In this document: positions 1-9,148 of the stretch, one piece after another
How the letters are laid out: every line of letters starts with the position of its first letter
How positions within the stretch are numbered: the first letter of the stretch is position 1
Source: Pseudomonadota bacterium
GTDB taxonomy: Bacteria; Myxococcota_A; UBA9160; SZUA-336
DNA length: 64,000 bases
Direction of reading: 5' to 3'
Assembly: GCA_021295775.1 (NCBI GenBank)
Contig: JAGWBS010000003.1
Coordinates: 395-64,394, forward strand
The notes under the pieces: model-generated
Databases searched by the model: none
Told to the model about the DNA's origin: nothing
Seen by the model: the letters and a program-made list of their open reading frames with translations, nothing else
Made by a program: the position numbers and the translations under genes

Positions 1-2338
1 ACTGCTCGCTTTCGATCTCTTGCAGGCGAGTCCGGATCCCGCGGTCGTCGCCCTCCAGCCGCTGAAGCTGGGACTGGGTCAGCTCGCGGCCCTCGCGGTA
101 GCCCTGGGCGCTCTGCAGCGCCTCCTTGCCCCGCTCCCGCATCCGCTCGAGGTCTTTTTCCAGATTCAGAACCGCCAGCTCGACCGTGTGCCGGCGGCTG
201 CGGGTGTTCTCGATCTCGGTTTCGAGCGAAGCGACGCGGCCGGCCCACTCCTGGATCCGTTCGGCACGCTCCCGGACACTCCGTTCGAGATTCGGCAGAT
301 CGGCTTCCAGCCGCCGGATCTCGCGAGCCCGGCTCAGGGCTCCGGGCGGGGCGCCGAGGCCGCCGGTGATCGCGCCGGAGCGGTCGAGCACTTCGCCCGC
401 TCGCGTAACGAAAGTGGCCGGCGGGGACCCGACGCCGAAGCGCTCCACCGCCTCGGTCAGATCCTCGACCAGGTACGCATCGCGCAGCAGCCGCTCGACC
501 AGCGCTCCGCGGCGGCCGCGCGCGCGCACGAAGCTCGCCAGGGGCCGCCCCAGCGGGGCGGGGCCGGGCTCCGGACCGCTCTCGCCCCCGCCCAGAGGCA
601 CGATCGTGGCGCGGCCCAGGGAGTCCTCACGCAGAAGGGCCGTCAGCCGCAGGGCGGCTCCGGCGTCCCCGACCAGCAGCGCTTCGAGCCGGCCGCCGAG
701 AACCGCCTCCACGGCGGTCTCCAGACCGTCGTCGACCTGCAGCACCTCGGGCAGCAGCCCGTCGATCGCGCCGCGCGCCTCTTGCGGCAGGCGCTCCAGC
801 AGCGCCGAAGCCCGCTGGGCCTCGCGCTCTCCCATCTCGCGCAGCGAGGCGAGCTGGGTCTGGGCCTGCTTCAGACGGTCGCGGAGACCCTCGAGTTCCT
901 CCCGCCCGGCCTGGTGCGACGCGCGCGCCTGCTGCTGTTCCCGCAGCTCCTGGGACAGCCTCCGCCCCAGATCGTCGCGCTCCGCCAGGGCCCGGTGCAG
1001 GCCGAGCTCCAGCTCGGCCTCTTCGCGTTCCAGACCCTCGACCTGCAGCGTGCTCGTTTCCAGCGCCTCCTCGCTCTGCCGCAGCCTCAGCTCGAGTTCG
1101 TGCCGGCGCTCGCCCAGGGACTCCAGCCTGCTGCTCAGCGTCGCGCGCTCCGAGCCGAGATCCGCCAGACGCACCTGCAGGGCCTCGCGCCGGCCCTGAA
1201 CGACGGACAGCTTCTCGCTGCCGTCCCGCAGCTCCGCCTCGCGCTGCGCCAGAGCCTCGGAATCGGCGGAAAGGAGCTTTTCGACCTCCGACATCTCGGC
1301 GATCTTCTCCGTCAGCTCCGCGCCGCGTCCGACGAGCTGCTGCTCGAGCCGCGCGATCTCGTCGTCGCGCTCGGCGGCCTGAGCCGCCAGGCCCTGGCGC
1401 TCGCGGCTCTCGTAGTCGATCCGGCTCTCCAGACTCTGGATGACCGTGCGCAGGCTGTAGAGCCGCTCGCTCAGCGCCTGCAGTTGTTTCTCGCGCTCCA
1501 GCTGCGTGCGCCGCGCCTCCTCCAGCTCCGCCTCCGCGCGCCCCACCCGCGCGTCGAGTTCGGCGCCCTCGGCGCGCTGGCGTTCGATGTCCCGCTCGGC
1601 GGCCTCGAACTGCGCCGTCTCCGCCCGGTGTTCCTCGCGCGCCTCGATCAGCTCCAGGTCCCGCAGCCGGGCCTTGATCTGCTTGTAGCGGTTGGCCTTG
1701 CGGGCTTGGCGGTCGAGCGACGCGATCTGGCGGCGCAGCTCCCCGATCACGTCGGTGATGCGGAGCAGGTTCTGCTCCGTCGAGCGCAGCTTGCCCTCGG
1801 TCTCGCGGCGGCGCTGACGGTACTTTCCGATGCCGGCCGCCTGCTCGAAGATCGTGCGCCGGTCCTGGGGCCGGGTCGAGACCAGGTCCGCGATGTGTCC
1901 CTGTTCGACGATCGTGTAGCCGCGCGTTCCCACGCCGGTGTCCAGAAAGAAGTCCACCACGTCGCGCAGCCGGCACGGGGTCTTGTTGATGCGGTACTCG
2001 CTCTCCCCCGAGCGGTACAGCCGGCGCGCGATCTGGATCTCCGCGAAGCCCTTGTAGGGCGGGGGCGCGAGGCCCTCGCTGTTGTCGAGCGAGAGCACGA
2101 CCTCCGCCATTCCGACGGCCGCCTGCCGCTCGGTCCCCGAGAAGATCATGTCTTCCATCGAGCGGCCGCGCAGTTGGCGCGGATTCTGCTCGCCCATCAC
2201 CCAGCGCAGCGCGTCGATCAGGTTCGACTTGCCGCAGCCGTTGGGTCCGACGATCGCGGAGATCCCGCGGTCGAACGCGAGCACGGTCCTCTCAGGGAAG
2301 GACTTGAATCCCGTGATCTCCAGCGTTCGAATGCGCAA
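1..2338 (-). CDS. smc: chromosome segregation protein SMC, N-terminal ~779 codons (3' end runs off the window)
   Basis: My own minus-strand translation from TTG 2338 gives LRIRTLEITGFKSFPERTVLAFDRGISAIVGPNGCGKSNLIDALRWVMGEQNPRQLRGRSMEDMIFSG... This has the Walker A motif GPNGCGKS, followed by a long E/R/L/Q coiled coil. It is absent from the ORF track because there is no stop inside the window. Track ORF 20..2422(+) is its antisense shadow. Confidence 0.9.
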   Translation of the reverse strand, partial: MRIRTLEITGFKSFPERTVLAFDRGISAIVGPNGCGKSNLIDALRWVMGEQNPRQLRGRSMEDMIFSGTERQAAVGMAEVVLSLDNSEGLAPPPYKGFAEIQIARRLYRSGESEYRINKTPCRLRDVVDFFLDTGVGTRGYTIVEQGHIADLVSTRPQDRRTIFEQAAGIGKYRQRRRETEGKLRSTEQNLLRITDVIGELRRQIASLDRQARKANRYKQIKARLRDLELIEAREEHRAETAQFEAAERDIERQRAEGAELDARVGRAEAELEEARRTQLEREKQLQALSERLYSLRTVIQSLESRIDYESRERQGLAAQAAERDDEIARLEQQLVGRGAELTEKIAEMSEVEKLLSADSEALAQREAELRDGSEKLSVVQGRREALQVRLADLGSERATLSSRLESLGERRHELELRLRQSEEALETSTLQVEGLEREEAELELGLHRALAERDDLGRRLSQELREQQQARASHQAGREELEGLRDRLKQAQTQLASLREMGEREAQRASALLERLPQEARGAIDGLLPEVLQVDDGLETAVEAVLGGRLEALLVGDAGAALRLTALLREDSLGRATIVPLGGGESGPEPGPAPLGRPLASFVRARGRRGALVERLLRDAYLVEDLTEAVERFGVGSPPATFVTRAGEVLDRSGAITGGLGAPPGALSRAREIRRLEADLPNLERSVRERAERIQEWAGRVASLETEIENTRSRRHTVELAVLNLEKDLERMRERGKEALQSAQGYREGRELTQSQLQRLEGDDRGIRTRLQEIESEQ

Positions 2339-2458
2339 CCGGTCAGCGTCCCTCACCGCCGCTCAGGGAGGGGAACGGACGGCGGAGCAGTGGGGGGGAC
2401 TGATCGTTTCGTGCAGGCATAGCATAGCTGGCGTCGGAGCGCCTCTCCGGATTCCGTC

Positions 2459-4282
2459 TCAGGCCGCGCTGTCCTGCCCCGCGTACTGGAGCTGGTGGAG
2501 CTTCCAGTAGAGCCCGCGCCGCTCGAGCAGCTCGTCGTGCGTACCGCTTTCGCGGATCTCCCCGTGGTGGAGCACGTGGATGCGGTCGGCGTCCCGGACG
2601 GTCGCCAGGCGGTGCGCGACCACGATCGAGGTCTTGCCCTCGAGCAGGCGCGCCAGCGCGTCCTGCACCAGCGCCTCGGTCTCGGTGTCGACGCTGGCGG
2701 TGGCCTCGTCGAGCAGCAGGACCCGCGGGTCCTGGGCCAGCGCGCGGGCGAACGAGAGCAGCTGGCGCTCTCCAAGGGAGAAGTTCGCCCCGCGCTCCTC
2801 GACCGGCTGGTCGAGTCCCCGGGGCAGCCGCGCCACGAAGTCGCGCAGATGCACGGTCTCCAAGGCCGCCAGGATGCGCGAGTCGTCGATGTCCGGCCGG
2901 CCCAGGCCGACGTTGTAGCGCAGGTCGCCGGTGAACAGGAAGACGTCCTGCAGCACGTAGGCCAAGTGACGCCGCAGTTCCGAACGGGCGATCCCGCGAA
3001 TGTCGGTTCCGTCGATCAGGATGCGGCCGGCGTCCGGTTCGTAGAGGCGCGCGATCAGTTTGAGCATCGTCGTCTTGCCCGCCCCCGTGAGCCCGACCAG
3101 GGCCACGCGCTCGCCCGGCGCGGCGCGGAAGGAAACCTCGCGCAGAACCGGCTCGCCGCCGTAGCCGAAGCTGACTTTGTCGAAGACGACTTCCCCCGCG
3201 ACCCGGCGCGGCACGGACGCGCCGCGCTCGACCTCGGGCTGCACGTCGAGCAGTTCGAAGATCCGCTCCAGACTGGCCATCGAGGACTGCATGACCGAGT
3301 AGCGCGCGGAGAGGTCCTGAAGCGGCATCAGGAAGCGGCGCATGTAGTCGTAGAAGAGCAGCAGCGTGCCGATCTGCAGCGCGCCGCCGCCCATCAGCTC
3401 GGCGGCGTACCACAGGATCAGGCCGACGGTGAGCAGACCCGCGGTCTCGAGCGAGGCGGACAGCAGGGCGTCGTAGTGGATCGACTGGAACCAGGCGTCG
3501 CGGTGCTGGGCGTTGATGCGCCGAAACTCGGTTTCGTTGTGCCGCTCGCGCGCGAAGAGCTGGACGACGCGGATCCCGCCGATCGTCTCCTGGATGTTCG
3601 CGTTGATGCGGGCGATCCGGACGCGCACGAGCCGGTAGGCCTGGCGCACCTTCCAGCGGAAGACGATGGCCGCCACGACCAGCACCGGCACCACCGCCAT
3701 CGAGACCAGCGCCAGCCGCCAGTCGACGTAGAACATGATCCCCGCCAGCACGGCCATCGTGACCAGATCGGCGAAGAGCATCACGATGCCCATCGAGAAC
3801 ATCTCGCCGACCGACTCGGTGTCGTGTCCCAGGCGCGTGACCAGCCGACCGACCGGGTAGCGGTCGAAGAAGCCCAGGGGGACGCGCTGAACGTGCTCGA
3901 AGAGGTCCCGGCGCAGCGCGAGCAGCGAGCGCTGGCCCATGACCGTCATGGCGATCATGCGCCCGAACTGGACCAGCGCGCCGAGCACGGCCACGGTGGC
4001 GAACACTCCCGCCAGCCACGGCAGCAGGCCGATGCCGGCGGGGGGGTCGGCCACGAAGCGCAGGAAGTCCGCTCCCGGCACCTCGTCGCTGCCCGACATG
4101 CGGTTGATGACCGTGCCCACCAGCACGGCCGGGATCGTCTCCAGGAACGAGCGCAGCGGGATCAGCGCGACGAACACCGCCAGCAGGCCCAGGTGCGGGC
4201 GCATGTAGGGCCACAGGCGGGTGACCAGCTCGCGGTCGTAGACCTTGCCGACGGCCTCTTCGTCGCGGAAATCGGGCTGCAC
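2459..4282 (-). CDS. ABC exporter, fused permease-ATPase (MsbA/ABCB-like), second of an adjacent pair
   Basis: This is the C-terminal 607 codons of track ORF 2459..6001. It has a six-TM exporter domain, then Walker A GLTGAGKTT, signature FSLGERQ, Walker B LLLDEATASVD and AHRL. GTG 4282 (VQPDFRDEEAVGKVYDREL...) lies 2 nt after the upstream ABC stop. The rest of the 1180-aa ORF is R/A/G/P junk. Confidence 0.9.
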   Translation of the reverse strand: MQPDFRDEEAVGKVYDRELVTRLWPYMRPHLGLLAVFVALIPLRSFLETIPAVLVGTVINRMSGSDEVPGADFLRFVADPPAGIGLLPWLAGVFATVAVLGALVQFGRMIAMTVMGQRSLLALRRDLFEHVQRVPLGFFDRYPVGRLVTRLGHDTESVGEMFSMGIVMLFADLVTMAVLAGIMFYVDWRLALVSMAVVPVLVVAAIVFRWKVRQAYRLVRVRIARINANIQETIGGIRVVQLFARERHNETEFRRINAQHRDAWFQSIHYDALLSASLETAGLLTVGLILWYAAELMGGGALQIGTLLLFYDYMRRFLMPLQDLSARYSVMQSSMASLERIFELLDVQPEVERGASVPRRVAGEVVFDKVSFGYGGEPVLREVSFRAAPGERVALVGLTGAGKTTMLKLIARLYEPDAGRILIDGTDIRGIARSELRRHLAYVLQDVFLFTGDLRYNVGLGRPDIDDSRILAALETVHLRDFVARLPRGLDQPVEERGANFSLGERQLLSFARALAQDPRVLLLDEATASVDTETEALVQDALARLLEGKTSIVVAHRLATVRDADRIHVLHHGEIRESGTHDELLERRGLYWKLHQLQYAGQDSAA

Positions 4283-4284
4283 GT

Positions 4285-6021
4285 TCAGACTTCCAGCTCC
4301 GCTTCGAGCCGCTGGTGCCGGTAGGTGCGGGCGTAGACGCCGCCCTCCGCCAGCAGTTCGGCGTGTCCGCCGCTCTCGATCACCCGGCCGGCGTCGAGCA
4401 CCAGGATCAGGTCGGCGTCCCGCACCGCGCTCAGCCGGTGCGAAACGATGAAGCAGGTGCGTCCGGCGCGCGACGTGCGCAGTTCCTTGAGGATCGCCTC
4501 TTCGGTGGCGTAATCCACGCTGGACAGGGCGTCGTCCAGGATCAGGATCGCCGGGTCCAGGATCAGCGCCCGGGCCAGCGCGATCCGCTGGCGCTGCCCG
4601 CCCGAGAGCGTCACGCCGCGCTCGCCCACGAGCGTCTCGAAACCGAAGGGGAGCTCCTCCTCGATGTCTCCCAGCACGTGCGCCCTGCGGGCCGCCTCGC
4701 GGACTTCGTCGTCGCCGGCGTCGGGCGCGCCGTAGCGGATGTTGTCGGCGACGCTGGCCGAGAACAGGAAGCTGTCCTGCGGGACCATGGCGATGCTGGA
4801 GCGCAGCAGGCGTAGCGGAAGGCGGTTCACGTCGTGCGCGTCGATCCGCAGCGCCTCGTCGGGGATCTCCAGCAGGCGCGGGATCGCCGCCACCAGCGTG
4901 CTCTTGCCCGAGCCCACCGGGCCCACGATGCCCACGCTCTGGCCCTGCGAGGCCGCGAAGTCGATCCCCGCCAGCGCGGGACTCGCCTCGCGCCCCGAGT
5001 AGGACAAGTGCAGGTCCGAGAACTCCACCGCCCCGCGGACGCGCGCGGGATCGACCGCGTCGGCGCGGTCGCGGATCGAAGGCAGCTCGTCGAGCACCTC
5101 GCCGATCCGCACCATCCCGGCCAGCCCGCGCTGCACGATGTTGAGCACCCAGCCCAGCATCATGGTCGGGAAGGCGAGCTGCAGCGTGTACATGTAGAAC
5201 ATCCACAGGTCGGCCGAGGTGGCCGACACGAACTGGCTGCCGACGTAAAGAACCGCGATCTGCGTCAGCGCCGGGACGGTCGAGATGACCGCGAACATGC
5301 CCGTGTGCGCCATCGCCATCTCGATCTGGCGGTAGTAGAGCCGGCGGCTCTCGCGCTCGAAGCGCTCGCGTTCGCGCTCCTGCATCGCGCAGAAGCGCAC
5401 CACGAACACGCCCGAGGCGTTCTCCTGCACCGCCGCGGAGATCTGGCCTATCTGTTCCTGCTGCGCCAGCACCGTGGCGTGGATGCGGCGCGCGAAGAAT
5501 CGCGCCAGGACCGCGAACAGCGGGTACGGCAGCAGCACCCACAGGGCGAGCTCCCAGTTGACCCAGACCATCACCCCCAGCGCGGCGAAGTAGAGGATCG
5601 GCGTCTGGACGATGTTGAGCACGCCCATTCCCAGCAGCATGCGCACGTTGTTGATGTCGTTGACCGCGCGCGACATCAGGTCGCCGGTGCGCTGGCCGGC
5701 GAAGTAGGACTCGGGCAGCTTCTGCAGGTGGGCGTAAAAGTCGTTGCGCAGCTCGTTTTCGACCCGGCGTCCGGCCCGGAACAGCGTCCGCCGCGACAGG
5801 AAGCGCAGCAGTCCGAAGACCAGCGTCGCGGCGACCAGCCAGGCCACCACGGGCCGGATCTGGCCGGCGGTCTCGCCGCTTTCGAGCCGCGCCACCAGCT
5901 CGCGGGTGAGAAGCGGCGGAAGCTGGAAGAAGATCGCGTAGCCGACGGTCAGCGCGCCGCCCAGCACGTACGCGCCGTGGAACCGGCGCACGTAGGGCCA
6001 AAGGCGCTGCAACGGGCTCAA
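4285..6021 (-). CDS. ABC exporter, fused permease-ATPase (MsbA/ABCB-like), first of an adjacent pair
   Basis: It has a TM domain, then Walker A GPVGSGKST, LSGGQRQR and ILILDDALSSVD. I place the start at TTG 6021 (LSPLQRLWPYVRRFHG...), which overlaps the upstream stop as TTGA. The track's N-terminal 145 aa are Arg/Gly junk. Confidence 0.9.
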   Translation of the reverse strand: MSPLQRLWPYVRRFHGAYVLGGALTVGYAIFFQLPPLLTRELVARLESGETAGQIRPVVAWLVAATLVFGLLRFLSRRTLFRAGRRVENELRNDFYAHLQKLPESYFAGQRTGDLMSRAVNDINNVRMLLGMGVLNIVQTPILYFAALGVMVWVNWELALWVLLPYPLFAVLARFFARRIHATVLAQQEQIGQISAAVQENASGVFVVRFCAMQERERERFERESRRLYYRQIEMAMAHTGMFAVISTVPALTQIAVLYVGSQFVSATSADLWMFYMYTLQLAFPTMMLGWVLNIVQRGLAGMVRIGEVLDELPSIRDRADAVDPARVRGAVEFSDLHLSYSGREASPALAGIDFAASQGQSVGIVGPVGSGKSTLVAAIPRLLEIPDEALRIDAHDVNRLPLRLLRSSIAMVPQDSFLFSASVADNIRYGAPDAGDDEVREAARRAHVLGDIEEELPFGFETLVGERGVTLSGGQRQRIALARALILDPAILILDDALSSVDYATEEAILKELRTSRAGRTCFIVSHRLSAVRDADLILVLDAGRVIESGGHAELLAEGGVYARTYRHQRLEAELEV

Positions 6022-6815
6022 TCCGCTTCTCTCCGCAAAGCGCGCCAGCTTACCAGATGGCCTGCGGCGATCCCCAGAAGCTCGGCGGCGCTGCCGCAGT
6101 TGCGCGCGACCTCGATCGCCCCGGCGGAGCCGACCAGCGCCACCAGCTCGCCCGGGGCTACGTCGCCGTAGGTCCGCGACAGAGACAGAGTGCGCCCCGC
6201 GATCTCGACCCGCCCGCCGGCGCCCGCTTCGCCCGGGGTCAGATTGGTGATCAGGTTGCCGAAGCGGTCGACGGCGACGACCTCTCCCTGGAGCCCGTCC
6301 CCGAGGTCCCGCGGCGCCGGCTCGGGGAGCCGGACCAGCGAAGCGGCGGGCACCTCCGGGCCGACGCTGGCCAGCTCGGCTCCGCCGGCCAGCGCCCCGG
6401 CCACCGGACCGAAGACGTCGCGCCCGTGGAACACGGGGCTCGGCTCCGGCCTCCACAGGTCGGGATTGGCCAGCTCGTGGACGCGCGCCTCGGCGGCCGG
6501 GCCGAGAACCCCGCCGAGCAGCCCGTTGTCGGGTGCGACGTAGAGCTGCGCGCCGATCTCGGCGGCGAGCCCGCGGCGGCCGGAGCCCACCCCGGGGTCG
6601 ACGACCGCCAGGTGGACCGTCCCGGCCGGGAACAGCGGCGCCGCCCGGGCCAGCGCGCGGCTGGCCGCGCGGATGTCGCCGGCGGGGATCGAATGCCCCA
6701 GATCGACCAGTCGGGCGTCCGGGCAGACCGCCAGCACGGCGCCCTTCATCGCGCCCGCGTAGCCGTCCGCCGTGCCGAAGTCGCTCAGCAGCGTCACCCG
6801 CGGGGGCGAATTCAC
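6018..6815 (-). CDS. S-adenosyl-L-methionine hydroxide adenosyltransferase family protein (DUF62 / PF01887-like)
   Basis: GTG 6815 (VNSPPRVTLLSDFGTADGYAGAMKGAVL...) overlaps the upstream stop as GTGA. Motifs seen are LLSDFG..D.Y.G.MKG, VVDPGVGSGRR, DNGLLG and FHGRDVFGPVAG. The Asp73/Arg80/His130 spacing resembles the Asp-Arg-His triad I recall for this family. The remaining ~770 aa of track ORF 6018..9131 are junk. Confidence 0.8.
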   Translation of the reverse strand: MNSPPRVTLLSDFGTADGYAGAMKGAVLAVCPDARLVDLGHSIPAGDIRAASRALARAAPLFPAGTVHLAVVDPGVGSGRRGLAAEIGAQLYVAPDNGLLGGVLGPAAEARVHELANPDLWRPEPSPVFHGRDVFGPVAGALAGGAELASVGPEVPAASLVRLPEPAPRDLGDGLQGEVVAVDRFGNLITNLTPGEAGAGGRVEIAGRTLSLSRTYGDVAPGELVALVGSAGAIEVARNCGSAAELLGIAAGHLVSWRALRREAD

Positions 6816-7594
6816 CGGGCGGGTCTTCCGTGGTACCAGCGGGCGACGCGTTCGCGGTCGGCCCCCAGGGCGTAGCCCGAGAGCGCCAGCAGGTTGCGCC
6901 CGACTTGGCGCAGCGGGCCGTTGCGCTGGTAGCGCCGGGGAGACGTCCAGGCGCCCGTCCGCAGCCTCGCGAGTCGGCCTCGGCTCCGGATCAGGCGAGC
7001 CAGGTCGAGATCCTCGAAGATCGGCACCGGCGGGATGCCACCCGCGGCCTCCAGGCACTCCCGCCGCACGAAAAGGGCCTGATCGCCATAGGGCAGCCCG
7101 AGCATGCGGACGCGCAGGTCCACCCCGGTTTCGAGGATCCGGTAGATCCGGCCGGGCGACTCGAACTGCAGCCGGAAGGCGCCGCCGCTGACCCGAGGGT
7201 CCGCCAGCGCTCCGACCAGGGCGTCGCGCCAGCCCGGATCCAGGCGCGTGTCGGAGTGCAGGAAGAGCAGCGCGTCGCCCGAAGCGGCCCGAAAGCCGAC
7301 CTGCATCTGGACCGCCCGGCCGGGCTCGCTCTGCAGGATCAGGTCGCTGGCCAGCTCGCGCGCCCGCTCGACCGTGCCGTCGCTGGATCCGCCGTCGACG
7401 ACGATGCGTTCCACTCCCGGAAGCCGCGTGCAGCCCAACGCTCGCGAGATCGTCCGCCCCTCGTTCAGAGTGGGAATCACGACGCTGACGGACAGGCCCT
7501 CGCTGACCACGCGGGCAGAGTGCGTCGGAAGCGCGTTTTTGACAACTCCTGTAAACATTGGATCCAGCGTGGCGACGATTCGGCTCGACATCAT
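6812..7594 (-). CDS. family 2 glycosyltransferase (TIGR04283-like, from memory)
   Basis: Motifs seen are SVSVVIPTLNE, VVDGGSSDGT, GDALLFLHSDTRL, YGDQALFVRRE and IFEDLDLARL. The start is uncertain. ATG 7594 would overlap the divergent gene, and codons 1-28 have low GC3. GTG 7510 (VVSEGLSVSVV...) is a plausible true start. Confidence 0.8.
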   Translation of the reverse strand: MMSSRIVATLDPMFTGVVKNALPTHSARVVSEGLSVSVVIPTLNEGRTISRALGCTRLPGVERIVVDGGSSDGTVERARELASDLILQSEPGRAVQMQVGFRAASGDALLFLHSDTRLDPGWRDALVGALADPRVSGGAFRLQFESPGRIYRILETGVDLRVRMLGLPYGDQALFVRRECLEAAGGIPPVPIFEDLDLARLIRSRGRLARLRTGAWTSPRRYQRNGPLRQVGRNLLALSGYALGADRERVARWYHGRPAR

Positions 7595-8879
7595 CGTTGT
7601 GGGCAGCAGCCTGGGCGGCCTGGTCGCCGGAGCCTATCTGGCCCGCGCCGGGCTGCACGTGGCGGTGCTGGAGGAGGAGTTGCACGCGAGTCGGCCTCCG
7701 CTGCTGCGCGATCCGTTCCTCCTGAGCGGTCTCGAGATCGGTAGCGGGGTGCAGCGCAGCCTGGGCGAAATCGGGGTTTCGCCGAGCGAGCTGCGCAAGC
7801 TGCGGCGCTACCCCGTGGCGCTTCAGGTCCTGCTCCCGGGTACCCGGATCGACGTGCCGGAGGGACGCGCCCGGCTCTCCCGCGAGCTGCAGGCCTTCGG
7901 CCTGCTCTCCGCCTCGGAGACGGCGGAGTGGCTGGAACTGGTCGACTCGGCGGGCGACGCGTCGCGGCGTCAGCTCTGGGAGTCCAAGCCGGGAACGCGC
8001 CTGGGGCGCCTGCTGGAACTCTGGCGACGCCCCCCGCCGCAGATTGCGTCGCTGCCGCCGGCGCCCAAAACTCTGCGCGGCTTCATCGCGGCGCAGATGC
8101 AGGTCCTGTCGGGTCAGGCCGGCTCCCCCTCGGGCGCCGCCGCGGCGTTGCTGCTGCGCTCCGTGCGCGACGGCGGCACCCTGCCGGCCAGCGCCGGCAA
8201 GCTGTTCAGCGATCTTCTGCGCCAGCGGCTGCACACGCACGATGCCGAAATCCGCCCTCTGGGAGAGTTTTCCCTGGCCGCCCAGGGAGGCGAGATCCAG
8301 CTGGAACTCCCCAACGAGCGCCTGTCCGCCCGTTCGCTGATTGTCGCCGCCCCGCGCGGGCTGGTCGGGCGCGCCGCGGCCGGATCGGGGTCCGGACCGC
8401 GCTGGCTGCGCCGCGCGCCCCAGCCCCGGGAGATCCCCGTTCGGCTTTTCCGGGCGGAGCGGGAAGCGCTGCCGGGCGGACTCGCCCGGCGCGCCGTGGT
8501 CGCCCCGGGCGGCCCCGAGCAGACCTACTGGATCGCCCGTCACGACGACCCGGACCGGCCCGGGATCGAGTGGCTGGCGATCGCAGGTCCGGGGGCGGAG
8601 AAGCTGCCGGCGAACGATCCCCTGGGCGCTCTCGGCCCGTTTTCGGACGGCCGGGTGGTGGCGGTCGACCTCGGTCCGTCTCCGAAATGGGACCGCGACG
8701 CCAGCGATCTGCGCTTTCCGGCCACCCGCCTGCCGGCCTGGCTCAAGCGCAAACCGCCGATCGTGGCGGTGGGGCCCGAAGTCGAGCCGGGAACGGGATT
8801 CGAAGGCGAGGTGCAGCGCGCCCGGGCGGTCGCGCTGCGCCTGATCGATCGGCTCGGCGTGAGGCGCAAGCTGGGCTGA
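7569..8879 (+). CDS. NAD(P)/FAD-dependent oxidoreductase, CrtI/phytoene-desaturase-like
   Basis: GTG 7569 gives VATIRLDIIVVGSSLGGLVAGAYLARAGLHVAVLEEE, a GxGxxG Rossmann motif with an acidic strand end. The protein is 436 aa. The first 107 codons of track ORF 7248..8879 are antisense to the GT2 gene. A TTGACA hexamer sits at 7539-7544 just upstream. Confidence 0.6.
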   Translation: MATIRLDIIVVGSSLGGLVAGAYLARAGLHVAVLEEELHASRPPLLRDPFLLSGLEIGSGVQRSLGEIGVSPSELRKLRRYPVALQVLLPGTRIDVPEGRARLSRELQAFGLLSASETAEWLELVDSAGDASRRQLWESKPGTRLGRLLELWRRPPPQIASLPPAPKTLRGFIAAQMQVLSGQAGSPSGAAAALLLRSVRDGGTLPASAGKLFSDLLRQRLHTHDAEIRPLGEFSLAAQGGEIQLELPNERLSARSLIVAAPRGLVGRAAAGSGSGPRWLRRAPQPREIPVRLFRAEREALPGGLARRAVVAPGGPEQTYWIARHDDPDRPGIEWLAIAGPGAEKLPANDPLGALGPFSDGRVVAVDLGPSPKWDRDASDLRFPATRLPAWLKRKPPIVAVGPEVEPGTGFEGEVQRARAVALRLIDRLGVRRKLG

Positions 8880-8949
8880 GGCCGCCCGCTCGGCTTGAGG
8901 GCGACCTCCGGTTGTGGTACTCAGCCACCCGGTCCAGCGGAGAGTGTCG

Positions 8950-9141
8950 ATGGCAGCCCAGTGCGAGATCTGCGGCAAGCGGCCCGCGAGCGGCAACAAC
9001 GTAAGCCACGCGAACAACAAGACCAAGCGCCGTTTCCTGCCGAACCTGCAGAGGATCCGGGCGCGGGTCGACGGCCGAGTCCGCCGAGTTCGCGCCTGCA
9101 CGCGCTGCATTCGCTCGGGGAAGGTCGCCAAGGTCGCCTGA
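8950..9141 (+). CDS. rpmB: 50S ribosomal protein L28
   Basis: The sequence [42 protein letters not shown]... matches L28. GGAGAG lies 5 nt upstream of ATG 8950. The track start at 8914 adds 12 unlikely residues. Confidence 0.9.
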   Translation: MAAQCEICGKRPASGNNVSHANNKTKRRFLPNLQRIRARVDGRVRRVRACTRCIRSGKVAKVA

Positions 9142-9148
9142 AGCCGCC

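Noticed and set aside
20-2422. An 800-aa plus-strand ORF covers the start of the window.
   Set aside because: Its product is a low-complexity L/Q/A/R/G-rich sequence. It lies exactly antisense to a clearly recognisable smc gene (Walker A, coiled coil). It is a typical shadow ORF of GC-rich DNA.
2459-9131. Apparent giant proteins in the track: a 1180-aa 'ABC fusion' (2459..6001), a 723-aa ABC protein (4285..6456) and a 1037-aa ORF (6018..9131).
   Set aside because: Only the C-terminal parts look like proteins. The N-terminal parts are Arg/Gly/Pro/Ala junk that runs through the upstream gene in another frame. Real starts sit at stop-start junctions (4282, 6021, 6815). The same artefact affects track ORFs 15011..15757, 15262..16590, 16146..17384, 26483..28435, 27385..28842, 29674..31650, 32587..33987, 33846..36332, 40091..42265, 41590..42987, 53522..54565, 53962..55284 and 55552..57399.
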